DNA of 64,000 nucleotides from Neocallimastix sp. 'constans' (Eukaryota): NCBI GenBank assembly GCA_050613775.1, contig JBODTK010000011.1, positions 186,001 to 250,000 of the forward strand, read 5' to 3'. Shown piece by piece: positions 26,740 to 40,300 of this stretch (position 1 is its first letter; each line of letters starts with the position of its first letter). The notes under the pieces were generated by a model. It saw only the letters and a program-made list of their open reading frames with translations, ran no database searches and was not told where the DNA came from. The position numbers and the translations under genes were made by a program.

Positions 26740-26930
26740 ATATTAAAAAATAAAAATATAAAAAATAAAAATATAAAAAATAAAAATATAAAAAATAAAA
26801 ATATAAAAAATAAAAATATAAAAAATAAAAATATAAAAAATAAAAAATAAAAAATAAAAATATAAAAAATAAAAAATATAAAAAATAAAAATATAAAAAA
26901 TAAAAATATAAAAAATAAAAATATAAAAAA
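26740..26930. repeat. 15-bp tandem repeat (TAAAAATATAAAAAA)n
   Basis: About 12-13 copies visible. Confidence 0.85.
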
Positions 26931-27122
26931 AATATTAATTAAACAAAATAATAATATATATATAAATATTAAAAAATTAAAAATAAATAAATAAATAGTG
27001 TTTATACCTTCTAGAATTTATTATTTAATAAATGAAATATCAATCTTATCTGTGTAAGAATAAATTTTAATTATATTATTTTGATTTTAAAATTATTCAT
27101 CTTGATTGATGATGTGCTTTTG

Positions 27123-27154
<32 letters not shown>

Positions 27155-27678
27155 ATCTTTAAAAAAAGATATTAAAAAAAAATTAAATAATCCTCAAATT
27201 AAAAAAAAAGTTTATAAAACACAATTATAATAAAAAAGCTTAATAAATAAAAATAAAAAATCTATTACATGTAATATTATACTATATACTTATTATATAT
27301 AATATTTATGTAATATTTATATAAATAGAAGTTAAAAATTAATAAAATATCTTTATAAAAAAAAAAAAAAAAAAAAAAAAAAGATATTTTTTTAAAACTA
27401 GATAAAATATATTGAATAAGTTAATATTTTGTTCAACTTTATTTTATGATAAAAATTCATAAATATTAAATAATATTTTTATACTATTTTAATATAGCTT
27501 AACATAAAATAATTAATATATTGAAAGCGTATTTCATATAGTAACATAGTAGAACAATACTATTTATATTTTAAATAATATAAAGATTTTATAATGAATA
27601 AAATCTCCTATTCTGTCTTAAATTTAAAATCTAATATTTAATTGTGCTTATAAAATGATTTTTAAAATTATTAATTAA

Positions 27679-28209
27679 ATGATTTTAGGAGTATTTATTA
27701 TCGTAATTATCTTAAATAAAATTATTGTTTTACCACTACTACAACAATAAATCGTATTCCAGCATCTAGACTAATTTGGATATACAATGAATATACTAAG
27801 AAATGTTTATATATGATCCTGAATATGAAGATGAAATTCTAATTTATGAAAAGTGCCATAATACAGTTACAACATACCATTGATACTTATCTGTATTATG
27901 GCACTTTTCATAAGTACTAAAGGGGGAACTTTCTACAAATGAAAAAGTAGTTTGGGTTTATGTTTAAGAATTTCTGATAATGATAATTCTAAAGTAATGA
28001 TGAGTGAGTGTGATGTAAATGCTATTTTACTTTGTCGTAGAAATAATGGAACTATCGTTAGTAAATTATCAGATAGTTTATGTCTTGAAAATTCTATCAA
28101 TTCTTCTATCAATGTTACTGCAAAAATAAGAAATAAGGTAAAATTTTATAATTGTGATGATGAAATTCATGAAGATCAGATTTGGATAATGCTAAATTCA
28201 AACCTATAG
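27679..28209 (+). pseudogene. Secreted ricin-B (CBM13-like) lectin pseudogene
   Basis: Hydrophobic start MILGVFIIVIIL; IWIYNEYTKKCL; LCLRISD...MSECD...LCLE...NCD...DQIW; frameshifts. Confidence 0.55.
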
Positions 28210-28699
28210 ATTCCATAGATATTTTAGATATAGTATTTTTGGACTATTACTTAATAAATTTATAAAAATATTTTTATAAAAGTCAAAATAAATAAATAAA
28301 TATATAAAATTATAAAAATAAAAAAAAAAAAACTAATTTGAAGAAAAATTGAATAAATCAAAATTAATATGAAACACGAAAATAATGAAAGTCTTTTTAA
28401 AAATTTAAATTTATATTTTTTTTTAAAAAATAAAACTTATTTGGAATAAATATTTTTATTTTAAAATAAAAAAATAATAATGATATTAATTATAATTTTA
28501 AAATAAAAAACTTTTTTCTAAAAGATATTTATTGTCTAAAATATCTAATTTAATTTTTTTAATATAGTATTATTATATTGATTTAATTTTTTTTTTTTTT
28601 TTTTTTTTTAATTTCATTATTAAATTTAATATTTCTATTTTAATTTTTTTACTTATTACAATTATTTTATAGAATAATATAATCTTGTATATTAAAATC

Positions 28700-29704
28700 A
28701 AAATTAGCTAAATTATATTGTGTTTGTTTATTTCTTACTCCCTGGTAATCTGTCTGATTTTTATTTCTTAAATTCCAGAAGTCTGTTTGATTTTCATTCC
28801 TTAAACCCCAAAAATCGGTTTGGTCCTTACTTCTTAAACTCTAAAAATCAGTTTGGTTTTCACTTCTTAAACTCCAATAGTCTGTTTGATTATAAGTTAA
28901 ATCTGCTAATTATTTTTTTTGTGCCATAATATCTTCTTGAATATTATTAGCTTGATGTGCTTCTTAACCTTGCCATAAATTTGTTGCAGTACTACCTACA
29001 AATGACAATCCTGCAATTACAACACCAGCGATAGCTACTTCTAATTCTTTGACTACTCTTTTTTTTTTAAGATTTGATTCATACTTAAAATCATTATTTG
29101 TTAGATTGTTTCCTTTTATTATATTTATTAATATTAGCTCTAACATAATCTTATTTTACAATTTAAGCAATAGCTCTATCATCATCCATACTTAAATGAC
29201 TATATTTTTGTGATAAGGATTGAATCCTGGATTGATACTCCTTAATAGAATACAACGTTTCTTTGAATTTTTGTAATTTATCATATATACTATTAATATA
29301 TTCCTCTGATAATTTTTTTATAGTCTGAATCTAATAATGTATTATTCCCTCTAAAGAAATTTTTTACTTCCTTTTCTCCATTCATATTTTCTACTTCCCT
29401 TTTTTTTTTGAATTTTAGATTTGAATATATCAAAATACATTCCCATACTATTAACAATTGTATTATTTGTGTTATTACCATAAAATGAAACACCATACCA
29501 AGTTGGTCGTAAGTATTTAGCATATTCTTCAATGGTTTCTGGATATACCGTATTTCCTTTATCATCAATATATATGAGATGGGGTCATAAATTTTTATTA
29601 CCCCTTCTGAATTATAAAGGCAAAATTCTTTAGCTTTATTTGTTAAAGTAATTCTAATGAATTCTAATGAATAGAATAAAAGTTAGCAATACAATTGACT
29701 TCAT
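28700..29704 (-). pseudogene. Decayed secreted precursor with dibasic sites, a hydrophobic segment and 11-aa repeats
   Basis: Signal-like MKSIVLLTFILF at 29704; KKR-VVKELEVAIAGVVIAGLSFVGSTA; 33-bp repeat at ~28745-28893 reading NQTD(F/Y)WxLRxx. Confidence 0.5.
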
Positions 29705-29819
29705 TTCAATTATTTATTAATATTTTTTAAACCTTAAATAATTCGGATAATAGATCATTTTATATTATTTCTGAAATAAACTCATTATATTTTATTTTAA
29801 TATAATTCATTTCTTTATT

Positions 29820-30900
29820 TAAATAGTTTAGTATATATAATTATTAAAAATAGGATTTGGTGTATTTTTAAGTAATTGGAAATTGTAATCTTTAGCATAC
29901 ATATCATCTTCATCATAAGGTTTTTTTTCCCATATATAATATGTTATTTTATTTTTCATCAATTCTAAATATCTATTATTTTCTAATAAAAATTGTATTA
30001 AATGTTTATTTTAATTATTATGTAATAATACGTTCCATTTCACTAGTAGTATAGAATTTCGAATTAAAAATATACATTGGATCGTCCAATATTTTATTTA
30101 ATTCATCGTTATTTAATAAATAATTATTAACAAAATTAAACTTATTTAAATAATCATTATCAACATTTTCATCTATTTAACGATAAAAATCTAAAAGATC
30201 ATATTTATTTAAAGTATTATATTTTTTAGGTTCTTTTAATTTAATAAATTCTTCAGCTAAGTTATAAATCGGTTTGTTATTCCTTATATTTTGCCATAAT
30301 AACCTTATATATTTTTTGTTTTTATTTTCATTTTTATTTATTATTTTATAATTAAATTTATAACTCTACTTAAAATTGTATCTATCAAAAATATTACTAC
30401 ACCAAGAATAATTATGCTTTAATTCAAGAAATGATTTAATACCCTAATCAGTAAATACGATATTAATAAATTCTTCTGAAAATTTATCATTACAAGTTAC
30501 ATATAAAATATTTGGTTTAAAAAATTTATTTTTATATTTTTTTTACAATATCAAAAGGAAAAAATAATAGAATGTTAAAATCTTCACAATTATAATAATT
30601 ATTACTAATATCGGAAAAATTGTCTGATAAATAGTTTAATAATTTTACACTACGACAACGATTGTCTTGGAATATACTGTTAAGTGTAAAAACAACATAT
30701 TTGGATTTAGATAGTTTTTCTAAAAATAATCATTCTCTTCATTTAAAAATTTGAAATTATTAAATTATATAATATTTAATGTGTTTTTCTCTTTTTCTTA
30801 ATGTGGATATCATAATCATTGATATGAAGAAATATCTTTACTAGATGTATTATTATTAAATCATCAATTAAACACCAATGAAATTAATGATTTTTCCCTT
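29820..30900 (-). pseudogene. Heavily decayed intronless coding-like sequence, product unknown
   Basis: Short open stretches such as IDENVDNDYLNKFNFVNNYLLNNDELNKILDDPMYIFNSKFYTTSEMERIIT; no recognisable motif. Confidence 0.25.
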
Positions 30901-32382
30901 TGATATTAATAGATATAATCCTTATATTATGGATTGTCCTTTTTAATAAAAATAAAAAAGTAAAAAAGTCCAATTTATGATATTAATAGTATTGATATTA
31001 GAAATAAGATTTATGTAACAGGAAAAGATATATATATTTCCGACACTAAGAAATGAAGAACTTAGGTAAACATATTTTTGTCGAGAAATTACGTATGAAG
31101 AATTATACAACCTAACAATAGAAACTGTAAAATAAATATTTTCAATTATTTTTAGATGGTGATGATCAAAATGCAGTTAAAAAATTTTAATATATTAACT
31201 AATCCCCATTGAAGAAAGGTAGTCAAAGAGGACAAAAACTTCTTAGAAATTTTGATGTGTTTTATCAATTAACGAAAAGATGGCTCTCAATATCCTATAG
31301 GTTTATTTGAAGGTAACATAGAAAAAATATTTATATTTGATGGTAAAAAAATTAAAAATATATGTAAAGCTTTATGATATAGGAATGATATTGAAAGTTC
31401 AGCTATTGAAGATACGAATCCAGGTAATTCTATAAAACAAATAAAATTTACCGTTGATCAATAAAACTCTATATTCGATGGTTTAGACTCAGTAGGCTCC
31501 AAATAAACATGATAAAGAAGTAAATTTTTTTCATGAATAATAAGATAGAACAAGAATATTATTGACCATACAAGTGATAATACAAGAAGAAATTTTCAAT
31601 TTTTTTTTAAAAAATAAAATTTTTAAGCAATAACACAGATACCTGACAAAGAAATAATAACCAGAGCTTTTGATATACTCTATATACTAATATTGAAATT
31701 TTGACTTTTGAAACCAAAATTCTAATACATATTCCTTGGTTAAGGATAGTTTGAGCTTTATTTGTATTAACTTTATTAGATTCTAATAGAGGGGCAATAT
31801 AAAAATATACTACATTATTGTACTTAATATATGGTAGATTAAAAGTTTCTTAAGATTAAATGGAATAAATCTATTGGTTAAAAAAGAAAATATGAATTTA
31901 AAATTTAATTTAGTTTGTTGTTTAAATTAAATGTTTTTGGTTTGATAAATCATTAAATAGAATACCAAGATAGGCATATTAATTTGTTTTTTAGAAATAA
32001 GATTAATATCAAAATAGAAAGTTGTATTTGTATTAACATGATTTTAGTGAATCATAAAATTTAATAGTTTATAAAGTATGACACAATTATTAATACGAAA
32101 GTCATTTCATTGGTTATAGCACATTCATGAACTTTATAAAAGATATATTTAAATGATATTATATCAAATAAGTTATTATAAATATAATTTTTGTTAATAT
32201 TACACCTAAAGTTTTTATCACAAGATTTTATTTTAAAATATATTTAATTTACGGATTACTAAAGGATTGTTAATTAATTTCAATAAATTTAATATTGTAA
32301 AACTACTTTTCTTTCAATAGTGTTTAGAAATTTATAAAAATTTAATTTAATAATTGTTTAATTTATAAAAGCTTTTAAATTA

Positions 32383-32431
<49 letters not shown>

Positions 32432-32709
32432 TTGCCAAAATTGTTAATCATTTTCTTTTGAAGTCCTAAAAAAAACTTTAAAATAAAATCTTTTAGGATA
32501 ATATTTTTGAAATCTGTAAATTATAAAACTTTATAACTATTCCTTTTTGTAGCTCCAAACATTTTAGAAAAAAAATCATCTTTAAAAAAAGATATTAAAA
32601 AAAAAAAAAAAAAAAAAGTTTATAAAACACAATATTTACAATATATGACGACATGAGAAGGCAAAATGGAAGAAAAACAGAAAAAAAAAAAAAAAAAAAA
32701 AAAAAAACT

Positions 32710-32854
32710 ATTCCAACTATATTGTCTAGTGATAAGTGTGGCACTAAGAAAGATGGAATATACATGTTTAAAACGTAATAATTATTGTAGTAAATATGGA
32801 TATTGTGCCTACTGTGATTCTAGATGCCACTCAAGATACCGTAAATGTTGGTAA
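32710..32854 (+). pseudogene. CBM18 (hevein-like chitin-binding) domain remnant
   Basis: DKCG...CSKYGYC-AYC...C.S.Y.KCW cysteine pattern with a frameshift and a small deletion. Confidence 0.7.
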
Positions 32855-33218
32855 TTATTAGTTAAAGACTTTAATTTATTATAAACTTAATAATAATTTT
32901 TAAGTCAATAAATTTATCTATTAATAAATTTATCTATTAACTTATACATAATCATGATTTTTAAAATAATTATAAAATTAAATATAAATAACATAAATTT
33001 ATTTAATATATATATATATTTTTGATATTTTAAGATTTTTTTTTTATTATTATTATTATTTTTTTTTTTTTTTTTTTTATTTTTTTTTATTTATTTTTAA
33101 TTTATTAAATTTTCAATTAAATTAAATTATATAATAAAATTAAGATCTTTTTATGTGAATATTTTGATAAAAATATTTGTTGAATTTATATTATTATATT
33201 ATTAAAAATTAAATAAAG

Positions 33219-33249
<31 letters not shown>

Positions 33250-33595
33250 CTGCTCATAATTATTAATCATAATTTTGTAAAAATATATATATATATATTT
33301 TTTATACTTGTATCATTATATTATCATTAATATATATAAATATTTTATTGTATTATACTATTTACGGCGGTGGTCTTATTTACAATAATTTAATAATTTA
33401 CAATACATAGTCACAAATTAAATAAATAAAAAATAAATAAAAACATTTTATTTATATTTATATTTACTATTTATTTTTTTTTTATCTCTATTATATATAT
33501 AATTTGAAATCTTAATTTTTTATGGGTATCATTAAGAATTCATTTAGATTATTTTTTTTTTTTTTTTGAAAAATAAAAAAAAAAAATTTTAATTA

Positions 33596-34280
33596 TTAAT
33601 CATCAATAATAATAATTTCTTCTTTTTTATTAGAATTTCTTTTTCTTTTATTAGAGCTCATTTTTTTCCGATTACTTCTTGTAATTCTTTTTCTTCTTTT
33701 GATTTTTTTACCTGAATTACGATTTTCTGTATTGAAATTCGTTTTTTCATCTTTTTCGTTAGTTAATGTATTATTACTATCATTAATACTATCATTAATA
33801 CTTATAATATTATATTCATTTCTAGATTTAATTTGTTCTGGGCTTTCATCTTTCTCAAAGTTATTATTATCAGAAGTATCACTAATTGGTTTACTATTGA
33901 AAAGACTAATATTAGTATAAATATTTGAATTTATATCATCATCATCATCATCGTTACTATCATCGTTACCATTATCATCATCATCATTTATAATTAATAT
34001 GCTTGTAGAAGTTTTACTTCGTAAATTATATTTTATATTTAAATTTAAATTAGTTAAATCTGAAACTTCATTTTTATTACTATTATTTTCAACATTTTTA
34101 TTTGTAATATTATCAGATTTGGGTATATTAGTTTTTATATTAATAGGATTACCGCTATTAATGCTATTATTTTCATTATCTATACAATTACTTTTATCAT
34201 TGCTAATAGGATTATTATTATTATGATTATTTTCATCATTACGGATAAGATTATTGTTATTGTCACTGATAGTATTAATA

Positions 34281-34312
<32 letters not shown>

Positions 34313-37300
34313 TTCATCATTACGGATAAGATTATTGTTATTATCACTGATAGTATTATTATTATTATTTTCATCATTACGGATAAGATTATTGTTATTA
34401 TCACTGATAGTATTATCATTATTATTTTCATCATTACGGATAAGATTATTGTTATTATCACTGATAGTATTATTATTATTATTATTATTATTGTTGTTGT
34501 TGAAAGAATTAATATCATCATTTCTATCATTATGAATAGGATTAATAATATCATTTCCATCACTATGGACAAGATTATTAGAATCACTATTTTTATTAAT
34601 GCTATCATAGGTAGAAATAAAACTATTATTAATAACAGAAATGTCGCTCATATCCGACATATTACTGATGTAAGAAATACTATTTATATCAAAACTATTA
34701 TATGTCAATGAATCATCGTAACTTGAACTTTCATTAATGGTGATATTATTGTTTAAATTAATATTATTATTTATATTTGAACTATTCGTTATATTAATAT
34801 TATTAAAATTATCTTTATTTTTATTATTATATATAGAGGTATCATTAATATTAATAGTTTCATTTATCATTAAAATATCACTGATATCACTAATATCAGA
34901 CATATTGCTTATATCGGTTATATTGTTAATATTAAAATTATCATTAATTTCAAAACTATCATTAAAATTAAAATTATTGTTCATATTTAATATTTTGTAA
35001 TTCTCATTATTTAAATTTGGATTATTATTAATGTCATCACTTATATTAAAACTATCATTAATATTTGATTTATTATTAATAAGAGAATCATTTGTTAGAG
35101 GAGGAACATTATTAATACTTGATTTATTGTTAGTATTAGAATTATTATTTAATATAGGAATATCATTAATACTGGATTCATTGTTAACTTTAGAATCATT
35201 TGTTAAAATAGGAACTGCATTAATACTTGATTCATTGTTAACTTTAGAATCATTTACTAAAATTGGAACATCATTAATTATTGATCCATTATTAATATTA
35301 AAATCATTTGTTAAAACTGGAACATCATTAATGATTGATTCATTGTTATTATTAGAATTATTATTTAAGATAGGAACATTATTAACGATTGATTTATTGT
35401 TATCATTAGAATCTTTTGTTAAAACATGAACATTATTAATGATTGATTCATTGTTAGTATTAGAATTATTATTTAAGACAGGAACATCATTAATGATTGA
35501 TTTATTGTTAATATTAGAATTATTATTTAATATAGGAACATCATTAATACTGGATTCATTGTTAACTTTAGAATCATTTGTTAAAATAGGAACTGCATTA
35601 ATACTTGATTCATTGTTAACTTTAGAATCATTTGCTAAAACTGGAACATCATTAATGATTGATTCATTGTTATTATTAGAATTATTATTTAAGATAGGAA
35701 CATTATTAATTATTGATTTATTGTTAATATTAGAATTATTATTTAAGATAGGAACATTATTAATGATTGATTTATTGTTAATATTAGAATTATTATTTAA
35801 AATAGGAACATTATTAATGATTGATTTATTGTTATTATTAGAATTATTATTTAAGACAGGAACATTATTAATTATTGATTTATTGTTAATATTAGAATTA
35901 TAATTTAAAATAGGAACATCTTTAATGATTGATTTATTGTTAATATTAGAATTATTATTTAAAATAGGAACATCATTAATGATTGATTTATTGTTAATAT
36001 AAGAATTATTATTTAAAATAGGAACATCTTTAATGATTGATTTATTGTTAATATTGAAATTATTATTTAAAATTGGAATATCTTTAATGATTGATTTATT
36101 GTTAATATTAGAATTATTATTTAAAATAGGAACATCATTAATTATTGATTTATTGTTAATATTGGAATTATTATTTAAAATAGGAACATCTTTAATGATT
36201 GATTTATTGTTAATATTAGAATTATTATTTAAGACAGGAACATTATTAATGATTGATTTATTGTTAATATTAGAACTATTATTTAAAATAGGAATATCTT
36301 TAATGATTGATTTATTGTTAATATTAGAATTATTATTTAAAATAGGAACATTATTAATTATTGATTTATTGTTAGTATTATAATCATTTGTTAAAACAGG
36401 AACATTATTAATGATTAATTTATTGTTAATATTAGAATTATTATTTAAAATAGGAACATCTTTAATGATTGATTTATTGTTAATATTAGAATCATTTGTT
36501 AAAGCATGAACATTATTAATGATTGATTTATTATTAATATTAGAATTATTATTTAAGATAGGAACATTATTAATTATTGATTTATTGTTAATATTAGAAT
36601 TATTATTTAAGATAGGAACATTATTAATGATTGATTTATTGTTATTATTAGAATTATTATTTAAGACAGGAACATTATTAATTATTGATTTATTGTTAAT
36701 ATTAGAATTATAATTTAAAATAGGAACATCTTTAATGATTGATTTATTGTTAATATTAGAATTATTATTTAAAATAGGAACATCATTAATGATTGATTTA
36801 TTGTTAATATAAGAATTATTATTTAAAATAGGAACATCTTTAATGATTGATTTATTGTTAATATTGAAATTATTATTTAAAATTGGAATATCTTTAATGA
36901 TTGATTTATTGTTAATATTAGAATTATTATTTAAAATAGGAACATCATTAATTATTGATTTATTGTTAATATTGGAATTATTATTTAAAATAGGAACATC
37001 TTTAATGATTGATTTATTGTTAATATTAGAATTATTATTTAAGACAGGAACATTATTAATGATTGATTTATTGTTAATATTAGAACTATTATTTAAAATA
37101 GGAATATCTTTAATGATTGATTTATTGTTAATATTAGAATTATTATTTAAAATAGGAACATTATTAATTATTGATTTATTGTTAGTATTATAATCATTTG
37201 TTAAAACAGGAACATTATTAATGATTAATTTATTGTTAATATTAGAATTATTATTTAAAATAGGAACATCTTTAATGATTGATTTATTGTTAATATTAGA

Positions 37301-40300
37301 ATCATTTGTTAAAGCATGAACATTATTAATGATTGATTTATTATTAATATTAGAATTATTATTTAAGATAGGAACATTATTAATTATTGATTTATTGTTA
37401 ATATTAGAATTATTATTTAAGATAGGAACATTATTAATTATTGATTTATTGTTATTATTAGAATTATTATTTAAAATAGGAACATTATTAATGATTGATT
37501 TATTGTTAATATTAGAATTATTATTTAAAATAGGAACATTATTAATGATTGATTTATTGTTAATATTAGAATTATTATTTAAAATAGGAACATCTTTAAT
37601 GATTGATTTATTGTTACCATTAGAATCATTTGTTAAAGCATGAACATTATTAATGATTGATTTATTATTAATATTAGAATTATTATTTAAGATAGGAACA
37701 TTATTAATTATTGATTTATTGTTAATATTAGAATTATTATTTAAGATAGGAACATTATTAATGATTGATTTATTGTTAATATTAGAATTATTATTTAAAA
37801 TAGGAACATCTTTAATGATTGATTTATTGTTACCATTAGAATCATTTGTTAAAGCATGAACATTATTAATGATTGATTTATTATTAATATTAGAATTATT
37901 ATTTAAGATAGGAACATTATTAATTATTGATTTATTGTTAATATTAGAATTATTATTTAAGATAGGAACATTATTAATTATTGATTTATTGTTATTATTA
38001 GAATTATTATTTAAGATAGGAACATTATTAATGATTGATTTATTGTTATTATTAGAATTATTATTTAAGATAGGAACATTATTAATGATTGATTTATTAT
38101 TATTATTAGAATTATTATTTAAGATAGGAACATTATTAAAAATTGATTTATTGTTAATATTAGAATTATTATTTAAGATAGGAACATTATTAATGATTGA
38201 TTTATTGTTAATGTTAGAATCATTATTTAAAATAGGAACATTATTAATGATTGATTTATTGTTAATATTAGAATTATTATTTAAAATAGGAATATTATTA
38301 ATGATTGATTTATTGTTAGTATTAGAATTTACTGTTAAAACAGGAACATCAACCATGCTTGATTGATTATTCATTTTAGAATCATTTGAGGAAATAGCTA
38401 CGTTATTCTGGGCGTTTGATTTATTAGTAATATTAGAATCGTTGGTTAAAAAAGGAATATTGTTACTATTTGGGTTATTATTAATATAAGAACTCTCATC
38501 CATAAAAATGGTTTTCATAGGTTGATTATTATTGGTATTAGAAATAATAATATTTTTATTATTAATATCTAAATTATCTTTTGAAGTAGTTTTATCCTTC
38601 ATATCAAATGTATTACCATTAATTGTAACATTATTATTATTATTAATGCTATTATAACTATTATTATAAATGGAACCATTATCATTATAGGATGTACTAT
38701 TGAAATCAAAACAACTATTAATACGAGAATCAAAATTACCATTGGAAGTATTATCAACAGGATAATAATTTCTAAAAGTAGAAGTATTATTATTTAAATT
38801 AGATTCATAATTCATGATTGGCATGGGCATGGGCATGCCATTAATACTACCATTGTAGTTGACATAATTGTTAATACCATAATTATGATTAATATTGGAC
38901 CTATTATAGAGGTTACCATTGATCTTTTCATTACCAAAGAAGAAAGCTTTTTTATTTATATCAATACTACTATTGTTATTATTATTATTATTATTCATAT
39001 CTTGTCCATACTTCATATTTACTGTATTATTAATATAATAATTACCATTAATGCCTGCATTATAATTATTATATTTAATATCCACATTCATAGCTGCATT
39101 AGTACCTTTATTAATATTTGAATAATAATTTGTATTTGAATTATAATTAATATTATAATTAATACCGGTATTGGTATTATAATTATTATTATTAGTATTA
39201 TAATTAACTTTTAACATATTATTTAAATCAGAATGATAACCAGAATAATTAATAATATTATTATTATAATAATATTTATTGATGGATTCATAATTAATAT
39301 TGGAGAAGCTCCTTCTATCATAACTATTATTAGGAGGTATAAAGTGGCTATTGTAAACAAAATTAGGAGGACTTACTAAACTAATGTTATTATTACTACT
39401 ACTAGGTGAATTGTTAATTTGGTAAACATTTTCTTTATATTTATAATCTACAAAAATAAAGTTATTCTTTATTTTCATTTCATTTTCTTTTACCTTTTTT
39501 GAAGTTTTAACTTTTTTATTTGAGTTTTTAGATTTTTTATTAAACGAAGAAGAATTAATAGATGTTACATTTGTCTCGTTACTATAATTATCATCATCAT
39601 TTGTAATTCCATTTACCATAAATATTTTGTTTTTATTAATACTTTTATTGTTATTCATTGTTAGTTTTGAACCTTTCTTAGTTCTTTTTCTTTTATTTTC
39701 TTGAAGTTTTGTTCTTTTATTTCCACTATATTCATTACTATTATTTTTTCTTTTTTTTATTTTCTTATTGATTTCACTACAATTTTTTTCTTTAACGATT
39801 TTCGATAGTGGTTTTTTATTTTTATTATTATTAGTAGTAGTAGTAGTATCAGTATTATTATCATTATCATTATTATTACTATTATCATTATTAGTGTTAT
39901 TATTGTTATTATTATCATTACCATTATCATGATTACTATGATTATTACTTCTGAATGATAAATCATCCATAGGATTTAGATTTTTATTGTTAGTAATGTC
40001 AAATTTATTATCATGTTTATGACCTTCAATTTCATTAACCGCACCATCAATAAAATTTTTAAAATATTTTCCAGTTACATGTGTGTCTTTATCATTATTC
40101 AAGCCTTTTACAATATTTTGTTTATTTATTAAATTAGGGAAATCCACCTGACTTAAATTATTCTCTGTTTCCAACGAATTGCTATTATCATTAGAATAAA
40201 AATTTTCAAATTTTTTTAATTTACTTTGTATATCATTAAATTTTTGATTAAAATTTTCATCTATTAATGGTATCTTATCATTAAAATGATTTTTTTCTTC

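Noticed and set aside
28720..28929. Plus-strand 69-aa repeat ORF
   Set aside because: Probably the shadow of the minus-strand 11-aa repeat, which is colinear with an upstream signal-peptide gene.
30980..31750. Decayed plus-strand coding-like sequence
   Set aside because: No motif or long frame could be recognised; mentioned only as part of the viral-region hypothesis.
31787..32385. PPT-like AGAGGGGCAA followed by a possible decayed gypsy LTR
   Set aside because: It resembles the G2 PPT, but there is no TG start, partner LTR or recognisable integrase upstream.
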